Below, in pieces: positions 28,291 to 38,262 of a DNA stretch of 64,000 nucleotides. The notes beneath the pieces were generated by a model that worked only from the letters and a program-made list of their open reading frames with translations, was not told the origin of the DNA and did no database searches. Each line of letters opens with the position of its first letter. The first letter of the stretch is position 1. The DNA comes from an uncultured delta proteobacterium (GTDB lineage Bacteria > Desulfobacterota > Desulfuromonadia > Geobacterales > DSM-12255), in NCBI GenBank assembly GCA_963787125.1, contig CAWBBV010000006.1, forward strand, positions 160,001 to 224,000. The letters run 5' to 3'. A program made the position numbers and the translations under genes.

Positions 28291-28753
28291 TATCGTACTC
28301 CATACTTTTTGTTCCTGCTTCTATTGCCACCGAATCACCGGCGCTCTTGCCGAGCAGTTCCCTGCCCACCGGTGATACGGGGGTTATAACGACAATTTCC
28401 TCCCCTTCATGCTCTATCTTCAAGCCACCTTCTGCCGGACCGATAAACACCTTCCTGGTCACCCCTTCTGCATCTTCAAGGGTGACCAGTGAGACCAGAC
28501 GAATGGTATCATCAGCTACTTTTCGGCTTTCAAGCTGCTTGTAGATCTCAAGAGAGGTGCGAATCTGGTTGGCACGGTTAGCCTGCCCCTGAGCAACATA
28601 TGACGCCTCCAGGGCCATGGTATCGTACTTGTTGTCAGGAACATTCTCTGCGTGCCGTGAAGCTTCATGAGCCGTTTTAGCCGCGCTGAAGAGAATTTCC
28701 AGATCATGGGAGAGTTGCGTAATAATTGCCTGCAGAATTGATGTTTTGTTCAT
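28274..28753 (-). CDS. GreA/GreB-family protein
   Basis: NKYDTMALEASY...ITPVSPVGRELLGK. Confidence 0.85.
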   Translation of the reverse strand: MNKTSILQAIITQLSHDLEILFSAAKTAHEASRHAENVPDNKYDTMALEASYVAQGQANRANQIRTSLEIYKQLESRKVADDTIRLVSLVTLEDAEGVTRKVFIGPAEGGLKIEHEGEEIVVITPVSPVGRELLGKSAGDSVAIEAGTKSMEYDIVAVC

Positions 28754-28756
28754 AAG

Positions 28757-29290
28757 TCACTTCAGTCTGGTTATGACTGTCTCTACGGTATGCTCTCCAC
28801 AGGTCAGATACAGGGAACCCTCAGTTATGGTAATCGACCAGACAATAGCGCGCTCAAGAAAAGAGGCCAGCCGGGAGATAAACGCCTGATCAAGACAGAT
28901 TACTCTCAGGTTGGCAACTCTGCTCAGTTTAGGCAGGGATTGCTGCTCCCAATTCTGAAAAGTTCTGCCAAAAGCAAGGAGAGCCGCTCGTTCAGCATGA
29001 CGGCTGGCCTTAACAAGCTTTTCCGGTTCGGGCAGACCAACTTCAACCCAGAGAAGCAACCGCCCATCCGGCCCTTTAAGCCAAAGATCCGGCTCATCAC
29101 CGGCACCGATACCTTTGGTAAAGGAAAGCTCCGGCTCAAAAAAGAGTGCGTAGGCCAGCAGCCTCGCTATCAGGCGCTCTTCAGTCTCCGAAGGATGGCG
29201 GGCTGCCGTCGCCTGCAATGTTTCGTAAATGCCTCTGTCAATATCAGCAAGGGTGATATTGACCCGATAAATGGTAGAAGGTAGTGCCAT
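28757..29290 (-). CDS. yaeQ: YaeQ-family protein
   Basis: MALPSTIY...ARHPSETEERL...DEPDLW...WVEVGLP. Confidence 0.9.
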   Translation of the reverse strand: MALPSTIYRVNITLADIDRGIYETLQATAARHPSETEERLIARLLAYALFFEPELSFTKGIGAGDEPDLWLKGPDGRLLLWVEVGLPEPEKLVKASRHAERAALLAFGRTFQNWEQQSLPKLSRVANLRVICLDQAFISRLASFLERAIVWSITITEGSLYLTCGEHTVETVITRLK

Positions 29291-29353
29291 ATTGAATATA
29301 TTTCCTTGGATGCAGGCAAGCTACCTGTCAAAAGATATTTGCCTGACTCTGTT

Positions 29354-29971
29354 TCAAATAATCTGCTGACGCATTTCTGCCAGTTCAGACAGTGAAGTTA
29401 CCTGCAGGTCAGCCAATTCACGCCAGCGAAACTGGCCTGCAGGATCGACGTGGACCGTCCCTGCGCCGATGCTCCTGCCACAAAGTAAATCGTATAGATA
29501 ATCACCTGTCACAACCATATCCTGCGGCAGCACCCCCCACATCGAAGCCAGCTGCAGCGCCCCTTCCGGAGCAGGTTTTGGCGCCGCCTCGTTTCTGCCG
29601 ATTATGTATGACGTCTCCGGGAAAAACCCGGACAACCCTGTCAGTTCCAGGGTCAGACGGGCAATTTTGTTCGTATTGCGGGTCAGGATTCCGATCAGGC
29701 AATCATCGCCGGCAAGCATTGCAAGCAGTTCATAAGCTCCGCTTGCAGCAGTCGTCTTTCTGGAAAGTTCTTGCTCGATACTGTCAAGCTGCTTGTGGAG
29801 CGGTGCAGCGTCTACCGGAGGGAGCGCTTCAAGATAGGCCAGAATATCGGCTTCAGGAGGTATTCCCAGTGCCTCCTTGATAGCTTTAAAGTCGTGTACC
29901 GCAACAGTCAGAGTTCCATCAAGATCAAATATCCAGTGTTTTCTGGAGAGGATTGCTTTCATATCAGTCAC
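29354..29971 (-). CDS. HAD-family hydrolase
   Basis: FDLDGTLT, TRN, PKPAPEG, GDYLYD. Confidence 0.9.
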   Translation of the reverse strand: MTDMKAILSRKHWIFDLDGTLTVAVHDFKAIKEALGIPPEADILAYLEALPPVDAAPLHKQLDSIEQELSRKTTAASGAYELLAMLAGDDCLIGILTRNTNKIARLTLELTGLSGFFPETSYIIGRNEAAPKPAPEGALQLASMWGVLPQDMVVTGDYLYDLLCGRSIGAGTVHVDPAGQFRWRELADLQVTSLSELAEMRQQII

Positions 29972-31542
29972 TGTTTATCCTTACGCTCCTTATTCTTGTG
30001 CTCAATTATCTTTGAATCGCTCTCTCTGCCCCCCTCCGGGGTTTTCACTCTCCAGATTTTTTTCTGTTTCTGTTCTCGCTGAGCCGGTCTTTGGCGAGAC
30101 ATTTCTCCCGGTTGGATGTTTGTCTGCTGCGGTGCGCTTGGTGGTGACTTGACATGTTGCTCCGGCACGCTCTTTTGAGGATTTATGCCAGGTGGCGCCT
30201 GCTGAGACTGCTGCCGTGAATCGGTTTGCGGTATGACTCTTGGGAAACGCTGCCGCAGTTCACTGTTTTTCCGCTGCTCTATCCGGGGAGCAGGGGGAAC
30301 TGTCATCTTTGGTGCTGTCTGCCTGCCGACAGGCGAGTGTGCATCCTTCACTGGCCTGATTCTTGGACTGCCGACAGCAACAGGGATTGAAACCGGAGAA
30401 TTCACTGCCGCATGTGACGTAACGATCACCCCGCGGAGAAAATCTTGCTGCGGCAGAACGGTCAAGCCGCCGCGATGGTGACTATTCCTGTAATCGACAC
30501 TGTTGATGTTGACCTTCGCGGTTGAGATATTAACGCTTTGGCGGCCATGGTTTCCATAGCCGTAATATATTTCCCCCGGGGCTAGCGGTGTCCAGCCGAC
30601 ATGATTGCCATTACGATACCAGCCGACATACCCCGGCCCCCAGTAAACATCTCCGCGCACAGGTGGAATCCAGCACCAGCCATAATTACTTACAACAGTC
30701 CAGCGACCGTAATGATACGGCGCCCAACCCCAGCTTTCAGAAGAGATCCAGACGTAGTCGGACCCTTTCCAGATCCAGCGGCCGCTGCGATAGGGCGCCC
30801 ACTCGTCCGACAGAATAACCGTCGGTCTCCAGACCATACCATATTCCGGGATCCTTACCCAAATACCGTTGGCTTCCATTTCTGTTGAATAGCTGCGCAG
30901 TTCATCAGGCAGAGTAGCATCGGTTTTAGCTACAGGCGACTGCAGCCGGTCCCGGTCCATGTTCCAGGTTTCCCAGTTATCAGGCGCGTTGAGCGGCAAA
31001 AGCTCACTGTGCCACTCCTCAAGTGCAATATGCTCACCGGCACGAACTTTTGTGCGATTGCCGTTACCCTCAACATAAGCAGAACCCTTGAAAATTGAGA
31101 CATCTTCCTGGGAATTAGCCAGCATATCAAGGCGAAGCCTTGTCCGTGGAGCCGGCAGGACGGTTGTGTCATCGGCATCAATCTGCAGCGAATTCGGGGT
31201 ACTATATGGCGAAGTTTTTAAATAGAGTCTGCCACTGGCCAGATTGAGGTGAATGAAATTATCCTCATTGGCGACCAGATTTAGCTGAGAATCGCCATCA
31301 AGCCTCACTATACTGCCATCCGGGAGCTGAACCTCGGCTTTTGTCCCGACCGGACACCAGAGAGCATCACCTTCGTCGAGCGAAGTATTGGCCGATACAG
31401 ACATCCAGTCATCTGCGTCAGCAGCCCGGAGCATGACCTCGCCATCAACAAGATTTACCCTGGCAGGCGCTATAACAGCCGCGACAGCATATACAGGAAT
31501 AACCAACAATATTGTGAGCGCTATTAAAATGATTGGCTTCAT
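29968..31542 (-). CDS. FecR-like plus DUF6600 domain secreted protein
   Basis: Signal peptide, FecR-like N-terminus, WAPYRSGRW...WGWAPYHYGRW...W-P-V-W motifs, low-complexity tail. Confidence 0.85.
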   Translation of the reverse strand: MKPIILIALTILLVIPVYAVAAVIAPARVNLVDGEVMLRAADADDWMSVSANTSLDEGDALWCPVGTKAEVQLPDGSIVRLDGDSQLNLVANEDNFIHLNLASGRLYLKTSPYSTPNSLQIDADDTTVLPAPRTRLRLDMLANSQEDVSIFKGSAYVEGNGNRTKVRAGEHIALEEWHSELLPLNAPDNWETWNMDRDRLQSPVAKTDATLPDELRSYSTEMEANGIWVRIPEYGMVWRPTVILSDEWAPYRSGRWIWKGSDYVWISSESWGWAPYHYGRWTVVSNYGWCWIPPVRGDVYWGPGYVGWYRNGNHVGWTPLAPGEIYYGYGNHGRQSVNISTAKVNINSVDYRNSHHRGGLTVLPQQDFLRGVIVTSHAAVNSPVSIPVAVGSPRIRPVKDAHSPVGRQTAPKMTVPPAPRIEQRKNSELRQRFPRVIPQTDSRQQSQQAPPGINPQKSVPEQHVKSPPSAPQQTNIQPGEMSRQRPAQREQKQKKIWRVKTPEGGRESDSKIIEHKNKERKDKQ

Positions 31543-31602
31543 CCAAACCCCCCTGGCGATCTATTCACCTATCCTGACAGTCGCAATCTGACTGTTTCTA
31601 CT

Positions 31603-31620
31603 TTGCGAGGATTGTGCCAA
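31603..31620 (-). promoter_or_regulatory. sigma54 (-24/-12) promoter for the DUF6600 gene run
   Basis: Minus strand TTGGCACAATCCTCGCAA, GG-N10-GC, about 60 nt upstream of the start. Confidence 0.65.
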
Positions 31621-31711
31621 TGAAAACAACATGATTATCAGGATGTTAGACATTTGACGTTTCAGAAAAAACCGCAAATAAGGCAGCTTGTAGATTATAT
31701 GCAACCTGAGC

Positions 31712-32158
31712 CTATCTTTTATCAATCAGCAGCGAGTGCAGCTCAGCTATCGCTCTATTTTGTGCTTCCAGGATCTCCATTATAGCCCTGATCTCTATTT
31801 CCGCTTTCTGATTTATCTCATAATCGTTGTGTGCTTCGATACGATCCCTGGCCGCCTGCCGGTTCTGGCTCATCATGATCATGGGGGCCGTGTACGCGGC
31901 CTGAAGCGAAAGCACAAGGTTCATGAGGATGAAGGGATACGGATCCCAGTGATTGATCCAGGCGGTAACATTAAGGACGGCCCAGATCCCGAGCAGACTT
32001 GATTGACCTATGATGAAGCCCCATGATCCGACTTTTGCAACGACCCAGTCTGCAGCGCGCTGACCGAGAGTCAGCTGTTCGTTAATCACTTCATTGACGT
32101 TTTTGACCGGCGCATGATCATGCTGATATGGCAGGGGGAATTCTGGTATTGTCATCAA
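31712..32158 (-). CDS. DUF1003 membrane protein
   Basis: GSWGFI...DPYPFILMNLVLSLQAAYTAPMIMMSQNRQ. Confidence 0.92.
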   Translation of the reverse strand: MMTIPEFPLPYQHDHAPVKNVNEVINEQLTLGQRAADWVVAKVGSWGFIIGQSSLLGIWAVLNVTAWINHWDPYPFILMNLVLSLQAAYTAPMIMMSQNRQAARDRIEAHNDYEINQKAEIEIRAIMEILEAQNRAIAELHSLLIDKR

Positions 32159-32189
32159 TCAACTCCAGCAAGCATTCAGGCTGCTTTTT

Positions 32190-32687
32190 TCACGTTTTTC
32201 TCTTTTTCCTATCTTTAAAAAGGATAATCAGAAGATAAAAGACCACTCCGACGTTGATACTGAGCACAGTCACTTTTGGCCAGGATATGCGCTGCACAAC
32301 CTCAAATACCTCGATAGGTATATACATTCCACCGGTAAGTATTGCAAACCACTCTGCCCAGGACTTTCTCAGCCACAGCCCCACGGCTTCTACCATCCGC
32401 ACTATAAAGTACATGGCAGCCGCAATTGCCAGGCTCCAGAGCTTTGTATCGTTAACATTTGCCGTCAGGTCGAGAAATATTTGCGGATAATGGCTGGCAG
32501 GATTCAAATGAAAGTGTTCGACCAGGCGCATGGCCGCGGCGTGGAGGTCTTTGTGAATGAATGAAAGCAGGCCAAAGCCTGCTAAAAGGACGAGCAGCCC
32601 TTTAAAACCCTCAAAGAGCGCCACAATATGCAGTCCACGCGCGTGAGCATTTCCCGTTCCAGGTTTATGAGTTCTGCGCTGTTTCAT
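32190..32687 (-). CDS. DUF2127 membrane protein
   Basis: ALFEGFKG...EAVGLW...WAEWF...YIPIEVFE. Confidence 0.88.
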   Translation of the reverse strand: MKQRRTHKPGTGNAHARGLHIVALFEGFKGLLVLLAGFGLLSFIHKDLHAAAMRLVEHFHLNPASHYPQIFLDLTANVNDTKLWSLAIAAAMYFIVRMVEAVGLWLRKSWAEWFAILTGGMYIPIEVFEVVQRISWPKVTVLSINVGVVFYLLIILFKDRKKRKT

Positions 32688-32756
32688 TTCCAGATCTCTG
32701 TATTTGACAACAGCTGATCCCTATATAACAGCAGATCCTTTTTCAGTTGCGGATTG

Positions 32757-33047
32757 TTATTCAATCAGGGTCAGTTTGTGCACGATCTTCTCATCAATCA
32801 GGCCATCAACGGCATTGACGTAATTTTTAAAATGATCCGTGTTCATGTGAGCTTGAAGATGGGCGAGACTCTCCCATGTTTCATAAAAGAAGAAAATCTC
32901 CGGGCTGTCATTGTCCTGATGCAGAGCGTAGCCAATGCAACCCGTCTCTTTTCTTGTTGGTGCAATCATTTTAACAAGTTCGCTTTTGACGATCTCAAGA
33001 CTCCCCTTCTTTGCAACGATTTTCGCTACTACAGACAGTTTCGACAT
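32757..33047 (-). CDS. Antibiotic biosynthesis monooxygenase / putative quinol monooxygenase
   Basis: TRKETGCIGYALHQ...FYETW...HMNTDHF. Confidence 0.9.
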   Translation of the reverse strand: MSKLSVVAKIVAKKGSLEIVKSELVKMIAPTRKETGCIGYALHQDNDSPEIFFFYETWESLAHLQAHMNTDHFKNYVNAVDGLIDEKIVHKLTLIE

Positions 33048-33082
33048 TTAGCACCTCTGAAATTTTAACCTGATGAATATCC

Positions 33083-33978
33083 TTACTTACATAAGCTTTC
33101 AAGAAACATCCGCACGCCCTTCTTTTCGCTGAACTTGAGGGCGCCCGTCAGACAATTACCCTTTTTCAGAATAATGACCGGGCCGTAGAGAGGATCGCCA
33201 CCTTCAAGAAAAAGTTCTTTTTCCTTTGAACCTCAAGCTTAGCATTAACCAGCTGAGAACGATAGCGATCTAGAACTGCCGCTGCGGAAACGTTTGTTTT
33301 ATCCAATAAGAGGAATATTTGAAAATTTACCCCTGCAACGACTACATCCGTCATAATGCCTTTACCCAGGAAATCATAGCCAAGGAGACTCTCCGGCAGA
33401 TAGCGCTCACTCCCTTTTACTGCCTCAGGACGATCTAAAACCTTGAGTTCAGGCGGCCTTTGCCTCTCAGCCGGCAATAATGCTGCGACCTTCCGGGCAC
33501 ATTCAGACAAAATATTTGAGTCGACACTGTCTGTCCCGGTCAGCTGAATATGGACAAAGTAGCGACCTTGATAGAAAAAGATTTGAGCACCGGAGAGATT
33601 TGCCTCAGTTCCGATGTCAAGCGTGCGCCCTTCTTTCTGGCGGTAGTTGGCATAGATTCCAAAAGCATCAAGCGGGGAACCCAGCCGGTAGAGTTCGACG
33701 TCGACTCCTTCAGCAGCTTTCTTCCCGAAGAGATAGCGAGCGGCGTCCATCCCGTCAAAACCATACGGGAAATAGAGTTCTGCTTCACCGTTGATCCGCT
33801 CGGAAAGAGTGTCCCGGTCGTACTTAACCGGTTTACCGTCGATCTGCCAGCCACTGCCGCAGGTGTCCGGCAGCGTTACTCCACCCTTCTCAGCAACTGC
33901 CACAGAGCTCAATGATATCAGGCAGAGGAGAGCCAACACCAGCTTGAACGAATAGCGCGTGCAACTTTTCAACTTCAT
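33083..33978 (-). pseudogene. DUF6599-like secreted protein with a frameshift near the 3' end
   Basis: ATG 33978 overlaps the upstream stop; INGEAELYFPYGF...AFGIY motifs. The ORF stops at 33166, but the plausible tail (EGGDPLYGPVIILKKG...LESLCK*) is in the adjacent frame, ending at 33083. Confidence 0.7.
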
Positions 33979-35153
33979 GCGAACACTCCACGGGCTCGCG
34001 CCATCTTGGCAGCAATGTCGAGGCCGTTGACACAACGGGCGGTACACTCTCCACAAGCAACACATAATCCGGCATTTGTCTGTCCGGGAATTTCATCATA
34101 GGTCGAGCGGGCAAGTTCCATATCCCGGTAACCCCCTTCAGCATACATGAGGGCACGGTTGACAGTCGACACCTCCACCCCTTTTTGACACCCGGTTTCA
34201 CAAGATCCACAGAAAGAGCAGTAGAAAGAGGCTATCATTTCTGAATAATGATCGAGGCGACGCAGGTCTGCATAGGTAAACGGCATCCCCATGACGGCTA
34301 TATCTTCCTTCAACTGCGCCATATCCTTCATGCCCGGGATGGCTGCCGTCACTTTGGGATTCTGGAGCGCCCATTTTAAGGCTGCCTGGTGCGGGGTTAT
34401 TTTGCCCAAAGCCGTTGTTTCATAACCTCCGGCCTGAGTCTTCATGGCTATTATACCGATTCCGGCCGTACCGGCACGATTGATCGCCACAGACAGCTCC
34501 TTGTCGGACTTGAAGTTGTATTTGACAAGGCAGGTGTCAAAGAAACGATCAGGATCGTCAACCAGAGCGTTCAGCACCGCAACTTCATTTTTGTGGGTTG
34601 TTACGCCGCAAAAGCGGACTTTACCCTGTTTTTTAAGCAGGGTCAGAGCTTCGCGCGTTTCGGCAAAGAATATTCTCTCTGTTCCGGTAACGTTGTGCAG
34701 CTGGATGACATCTATATGATCGGTTCCGAGAGCTTTCAGGCTACTCTCCACATCCCGGATGATCTCGGCTTTAGTTTTGGATTCGGAAGGGGTCTTGGTG
34801 GCAAGATAAACTTTATCGCGCAGCCCTTTAACAGCTTTGGCAACGATCTCCTCGTTCTTCCCCCCCATATACTTGCGGGCAGTGTCGATATAATTGATGC
34901 CCTGCCCGATAGCGGCACGGATGACTTCCGGTTCCGGGGTGAGCATGGCGCCGAAACTGACAACTGTTATTTCCAGGCCGGTGCGCCCCAAAGTCCGGTA
35001 AACCGGCTTGGGCAAAGGAGCGGGATCGGCTGCAGCCAGCTGTTGCAGAGCCTCTGCCATAACCGGCGGAGCGATCAGCGCTGTTGCAGCGCCGACCATA
35101 CCAGCCTGGATAAAAGTCCTGCGGTTCATCCCCGTTTTCTCATTTTTATCCAT
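33975..35153 (-). CDS. Tat-exported aldo/keto reductase with C-terminal Fe-S motif
   Basis: NRRTFIQ Tat motif; GINYIDTARKY, LATK; CSFCGSCETGC and CVACGECTARC. Confidence 0.92.
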   Translation of the reverse strand: MDKNEKTGMNRRTFIQAGMVGAATALIAPPVMAEALQQLAAADPAPLPKPVYRTLGRTGLEITVVSFGAMLTPEPEVIRAAIGQGINYIDTARKYMGGKNEEIVAKAVKGLRDKVYLATKTPSESKTKAEIIRDVESSLKALGTDHIDVIQLHNVTGTERIFFAETREALTLLKKQGKVRFCGVTTHKNEVAVLNALVDDPDRFFDTCLVKYNFKSDKELSVAINRAGTAGIGIIAMKTQAGGYETTALGKITPHQAALKWALQNPKVTAAIPGMKDMAQLKEDIAVMGMPFTYADLRRLDHYSEMIASFYCSFCGSCETGCQKGVEVSTVNRALMYAEGGYRDMELARSTYDEIPGQTNAGLCVACGECTARCVNGLDIAAKMARARGVFA

Positions 35154-35192
35154 AAAAACCCTCCCGATTTTGAATCAAAAAAGTTTCACTTT

Positions 35193-36323
35193 TCAGCCCA
35201 TATTAAGACAGAGCGCTGCATAGATACGGGCAGCAGCATTAATTTCTGTGAGTTTGACATGTTCATCCGGGGTATGCGCGGTTTCCAGCAAGCCTGGACC
35301 AAGAATGAGCGGTTTGCAGCCGGCAGCAAAAAACATATTGCCGTCCGAATGGGAGCGGAAGGCATCCTGATGGAAATCCAGATCAAGCAGAGGATATATA
35401 TCCCGGAGAGTTTCGGCAACTCTGTTACCAGTGCCTATATCATAGCCGGCAGAAGCAAACTCAAAAGCAACCTCCATCTCAAGACATGAAACAACGCCAT
35501 CGGCTTCGATAACAAGTTGGCGAATAGAATCCTGAAGAGCAAGCGGATCCCTGTCCGGGGGGAGATGCAGGTCTATCCAGGCTTCACACCGATCCGGCAC
35601 TACAAAACCGGCGCGCGACGAGCGCAGCTCCCGGATCGAATAGACAATCTCGGATTGGGCCCGATCAAAGAGAGGATCCTGCCCAAGAAAAAGCAGTGCC
35701 CGCAGCATCGACTCCACGGCGTTATGCCCGAGTTCCGGGAGAGAGGAGTGACTCTGCCGGCCATGGGTAACGAAACCCGCTTCAAGATAACCGTAATGGG
35801 CAAAACAGGCTGCAAGGCCGGTAGGTTCTCCGATTACAACCCATGGCGGTCGGCACTCTTTCAAAAAGGCATCGCTGCCATCGCCGTTCTCCTCTTCGCC
35901 CACCACCAGCAAAAGTCCGACTGCCGGGCGTTTTGCCGGAGGAAGTGCATCGGCTATAGCCAAAAAAGCCTCGACCATGGCAGCGCACCCTCCCTTCATA
36001 TCGGCACTGCCAAGCCCGCGGATGACATCGCCGTTCTCACAAGGACCAAAAGCCTCCAGATCCCAGGCTGGGACAGTATCCACATGACCAACAAGGTAAA
36101 GGAGCGGCTCTTCTTCACCCATCGTTACCCGCAGGTTGTAACGCTCCTCATCAACCTCCTGGCGCGTAACTACAAAACCAGCCCGACTTAAGAGATCTTC
36201 AAGGTGGAGTTGAATGTCTTCTTCTTTTCCTGACGGTGAATAAATTTCCAGCAGATCAAGAACAGTTCTGTGCAAACGGTCTGGATCGATAGCCTGCCAA
36301 ACACGGTTCAAACGGTCTGTCAT
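35193..36323 (-). CDS. M20-family metallo-hydrolase (ArgE/DapE-like)
   Basis: GHVDTVP, GLGSADMKGG, GEEE, IGEPT, AHTPDE. Confidence 0.92.
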   Translation of the reverse strand: MTDRLNRVWQAIDPDRLHRTVLDLLEIYSPSGKEEDIQLHLEDLLSRAGFVVTRQEVDEERYNLRVTMGEEEPLLYLVGHVDTVPAWDLEAFGPCENGDVIRGLGSADMKGGCAAMVEAFLAIADALPPAKRPAVGLLLVVGEEENGDGSDAFLKECRPPWVVIGEPTGLAACFAHYGYLEAGFVTHGRQSHSSLPELGHNAVESMLRALLFLGQDPLFDRAQSEIVYSIRELRSSRAGFVVPDRCEAWIDLHLPPDRDPLALQDSIRQLVIEADGVVSCLEMEVAFEFASAGYDIGTGNRVAETLRDIYPLLDLDFHQDAFRSHSDGNMFFAAGCKPLILGPGLLETAHTPDEHVKLTEINAAARIYAALCLNMG

Positions 36324-36832
36324 GGCTTCTTGACCGCTTTCTTTTTCGTTTTGCGGCTCAGGTTAAGCGACATATACAGATGCTGCTGAGTATCACCGAA
36401 TCCCTGTTTTTTGAAGAAATTGATTGCAGGCTGATTGTCGGCGGCGGTGTCGATCATGATCATTCGCACCCCCTGCTCCTTCATCCGGCGCTTGATCTCC
36501 TTGAACAGGCCACTCCCAACACCGCTCTGCTGAAGTCCGCTGCGAACCCCCAGCCAGACCAGATAGCCGTATTTCCACGGCGAATTGTGTTTTTCCACTG
36601 TAGTCCCGAGAGCGAAGCCAAGAATCTTCTCTCCGGCTTCCGCCACAAGACAGAGGTGGTTGTCGGAATTGTAGAGGGTCGTGATCTCGTATTCATCCCA
36701 GGTCCGGTAAAGACTTTGGGAATATTCAGCGGTAAAGACCTGCTCCCCGATATGAAACACTTCCGGAAAATCATCTATGGACATATTCCTAAAGCGCAGA
36801 GTACTGTCAACTCCTGAAGCCGGTTCTGTCAT
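36320..36832 (-). CDS. GNAT acetyltransferase
   Basis: LGVRSGLQQSGVGSGL, NQPAINFFKKQGF; overlaps the M20 gene start. Confidence 0.9.
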   Translation of the reverse strand: MTEPASGVDSTLRFRNMSIDDFPEVFHIGEQVFTAEYSQSLYRTWDEYEITTLYNSDNHLCLVAEAGEKILGFALGTTVEKHNSPWKYGYLVWLGVRSGLQQSGVGSGLFKEIKRRMKEQGVRMIMIDTAADNQPAINFFKKQGFGDTQQHLYMSLNLSRKTKKKAVKKP

Positions 36833-37236
36833 GGTGAGACCTCTTAACACCCAGATAGTTATTCAACAGCGGTACTTTTAACTTTAACAGGTTTTCAGCG
36901 TGTCGCATGTCTCCATTAGAGACTATTCTTCCCGCCTCGCTCAATTCAGTCCCATCTCTCAGGAACAAGTAGTGAGTTTTTCAGTTGGACTGCGCCGCAC
37001 TCTTGTCAAATTATAATCCAAGTGAACTATCCACAAAGCGGTGTTGACAGGTTCACTTTATCTGTGGAGAAGAGCGAGAAAACCCCCTGACTTCAGGCCC
37101 CCTCCTCAACGTCTAAAAATCAGACAACCCATGTAACTAACTGAAATACAGCGCCAATAGCAATTTAATATTAGCTGACAACTGGCTTTTAAGCCTGTTC
37201 AAAACACCAGGTTAATATTGATTTTTTTCCGAAGCA

Positions 37237-37264
37237 CTGACGAAACCGGTTTCAATGTTATACT
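37237..37264 (+). promoter_or_regulatory. Possible sigma70 extended -10 promoter with a 12-bp palindromic operator
   Basis: TGtTATACT at 37256-37264; perfect palindrome GAAACCGGTTTC at 37242-37253. Confidence 0.4.
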
Positions 37265-37302
37265 TATGAATCAAAGTCAAGCAACTCGGAGAGGAGACTA
37301 CC

Positions 37303-38082
37303 ATGGCTGACCTGATGCCGGCAATATTCTTCGGGCATGGCAATCCGATGAATGCCATTGCAAATAACGATTATACCAAAGGGTGGCAGGCTATCGGCCA
37401 GACCGTTCACCGCCCCGCAGCAGTGCTGGTTCTATCCGCTCACTGGTACATCCAGGGGTGCAAGGTGACCGCCAATGTTGCTCCGCGCACGATCCATGAT
37501 TTTGGCGGTTTTCCGAAAGAGCTTTTTGCTGTTGCATATCCTGCCCCCGGCAGCCCGGAACTGGCCCAGCGCGTCAAGGAACTCCTTGCGCCTGTCGCAG
37601 TCGAACTCGATGACAGCTGGGGACTGGATCACGGTACCTGGTCAGTCCTGACACATGTATTTCCGCAGGCAGATATTCCCGTTGTGCAACTCAGCATAGA
37701 CAGCAGACAACCAGCGATCTTCCATTATGAATTGGGAAAAAGGCTGGCAAAACTGCGGGAGGAAGGGGTACTGGTCATCGGCAGTGGCAATCTCGTTCAC
37801 AACCTGCACACATACGCCTGGGGGGAAACCGGTATACCCCCCTTTGACTGGGCCGTGCGCTTTGAACAGAAGATTCTGGAGTTACTGCTCCAGGGCGATG
37901 ATGCCGGCATTATCGCTTATGAGGAGCTTGGCCACGATGCGCTGCTCTCTGTGCCGACTCCTGATCACTACCTGCCCTTGCTATACATCCTTGGCCTTCG
38001 CCGGGGAGATGACGCAGTCAGCTTCCCGCTGCAGGGGGTAGATGGCGGTTCAACCTCCATGCTTACGATCCGGATAGGATGA
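37303..38082 (+). CDS. ygiD: 4,5-DOPA extradiol dioxygenase
   Basis: FFGHGNPMNA, SAHW, HDFGGFP, WGLDHGTW, SGNLVHNL, PTPDHYLPL. Confidence 0.93.
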   Translation: MADLMPAIFFGHGNPMNAIANNDYTKGWQAIGQTVHRPAAVLVLSAHWYIQGCKVTANVAPRTIHDFGGFPKELFAVAYPAPGSPELAQRVKELLAPVAVELDDSWGLDHGTWSVLTHVFPQADIPVVQLSIDSRQPAIFHYELGKRLAKLREEGVLVIGSGNLVHNLHTYAWGETGIPPFDWAVRFEQKILELLLQGDDAGIIAYEELGHDALLSVPTPDHYLPLLYILGLRRGDDAVSFPLQGVDGGSTSMLTIRIG

Positions 38083-38262
38083 CCAATAAGAGGCGGGAGT
38101 TGGCACAACATTTGGCCGCTTTTTCCGGAGTCAGTGGAGCAGTAGAGCCAGCCGGAATTTAATAAGTATCTATTCCTTTGTTTCAGGGGCAAACTCGACT
38201 AGTTTGAATCTGGAAAAAATTGCAGCCTGCACGCTAGCCAGCCAATTATTGAGGATACGGAA

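Noticed and set aside
34389..35489. 366-aa plus-strand ORF
   Set aside because: Lies antisense to two well-supported genes and has no recognisable motifs.
37020..37058. Inverted repeat AAGTGAAC/GTTCACTT containing a DnaA-box-like CTATCCACA
   Set aside because: Single short imperfect element with no box cluster or second copy; function unsupported.
38101..38118. sigma54-like TTGGCAC upstream of the PstS-like gene
   Set aside because: GG-N10 is followed by GG rather than GC; spacing is off by one.
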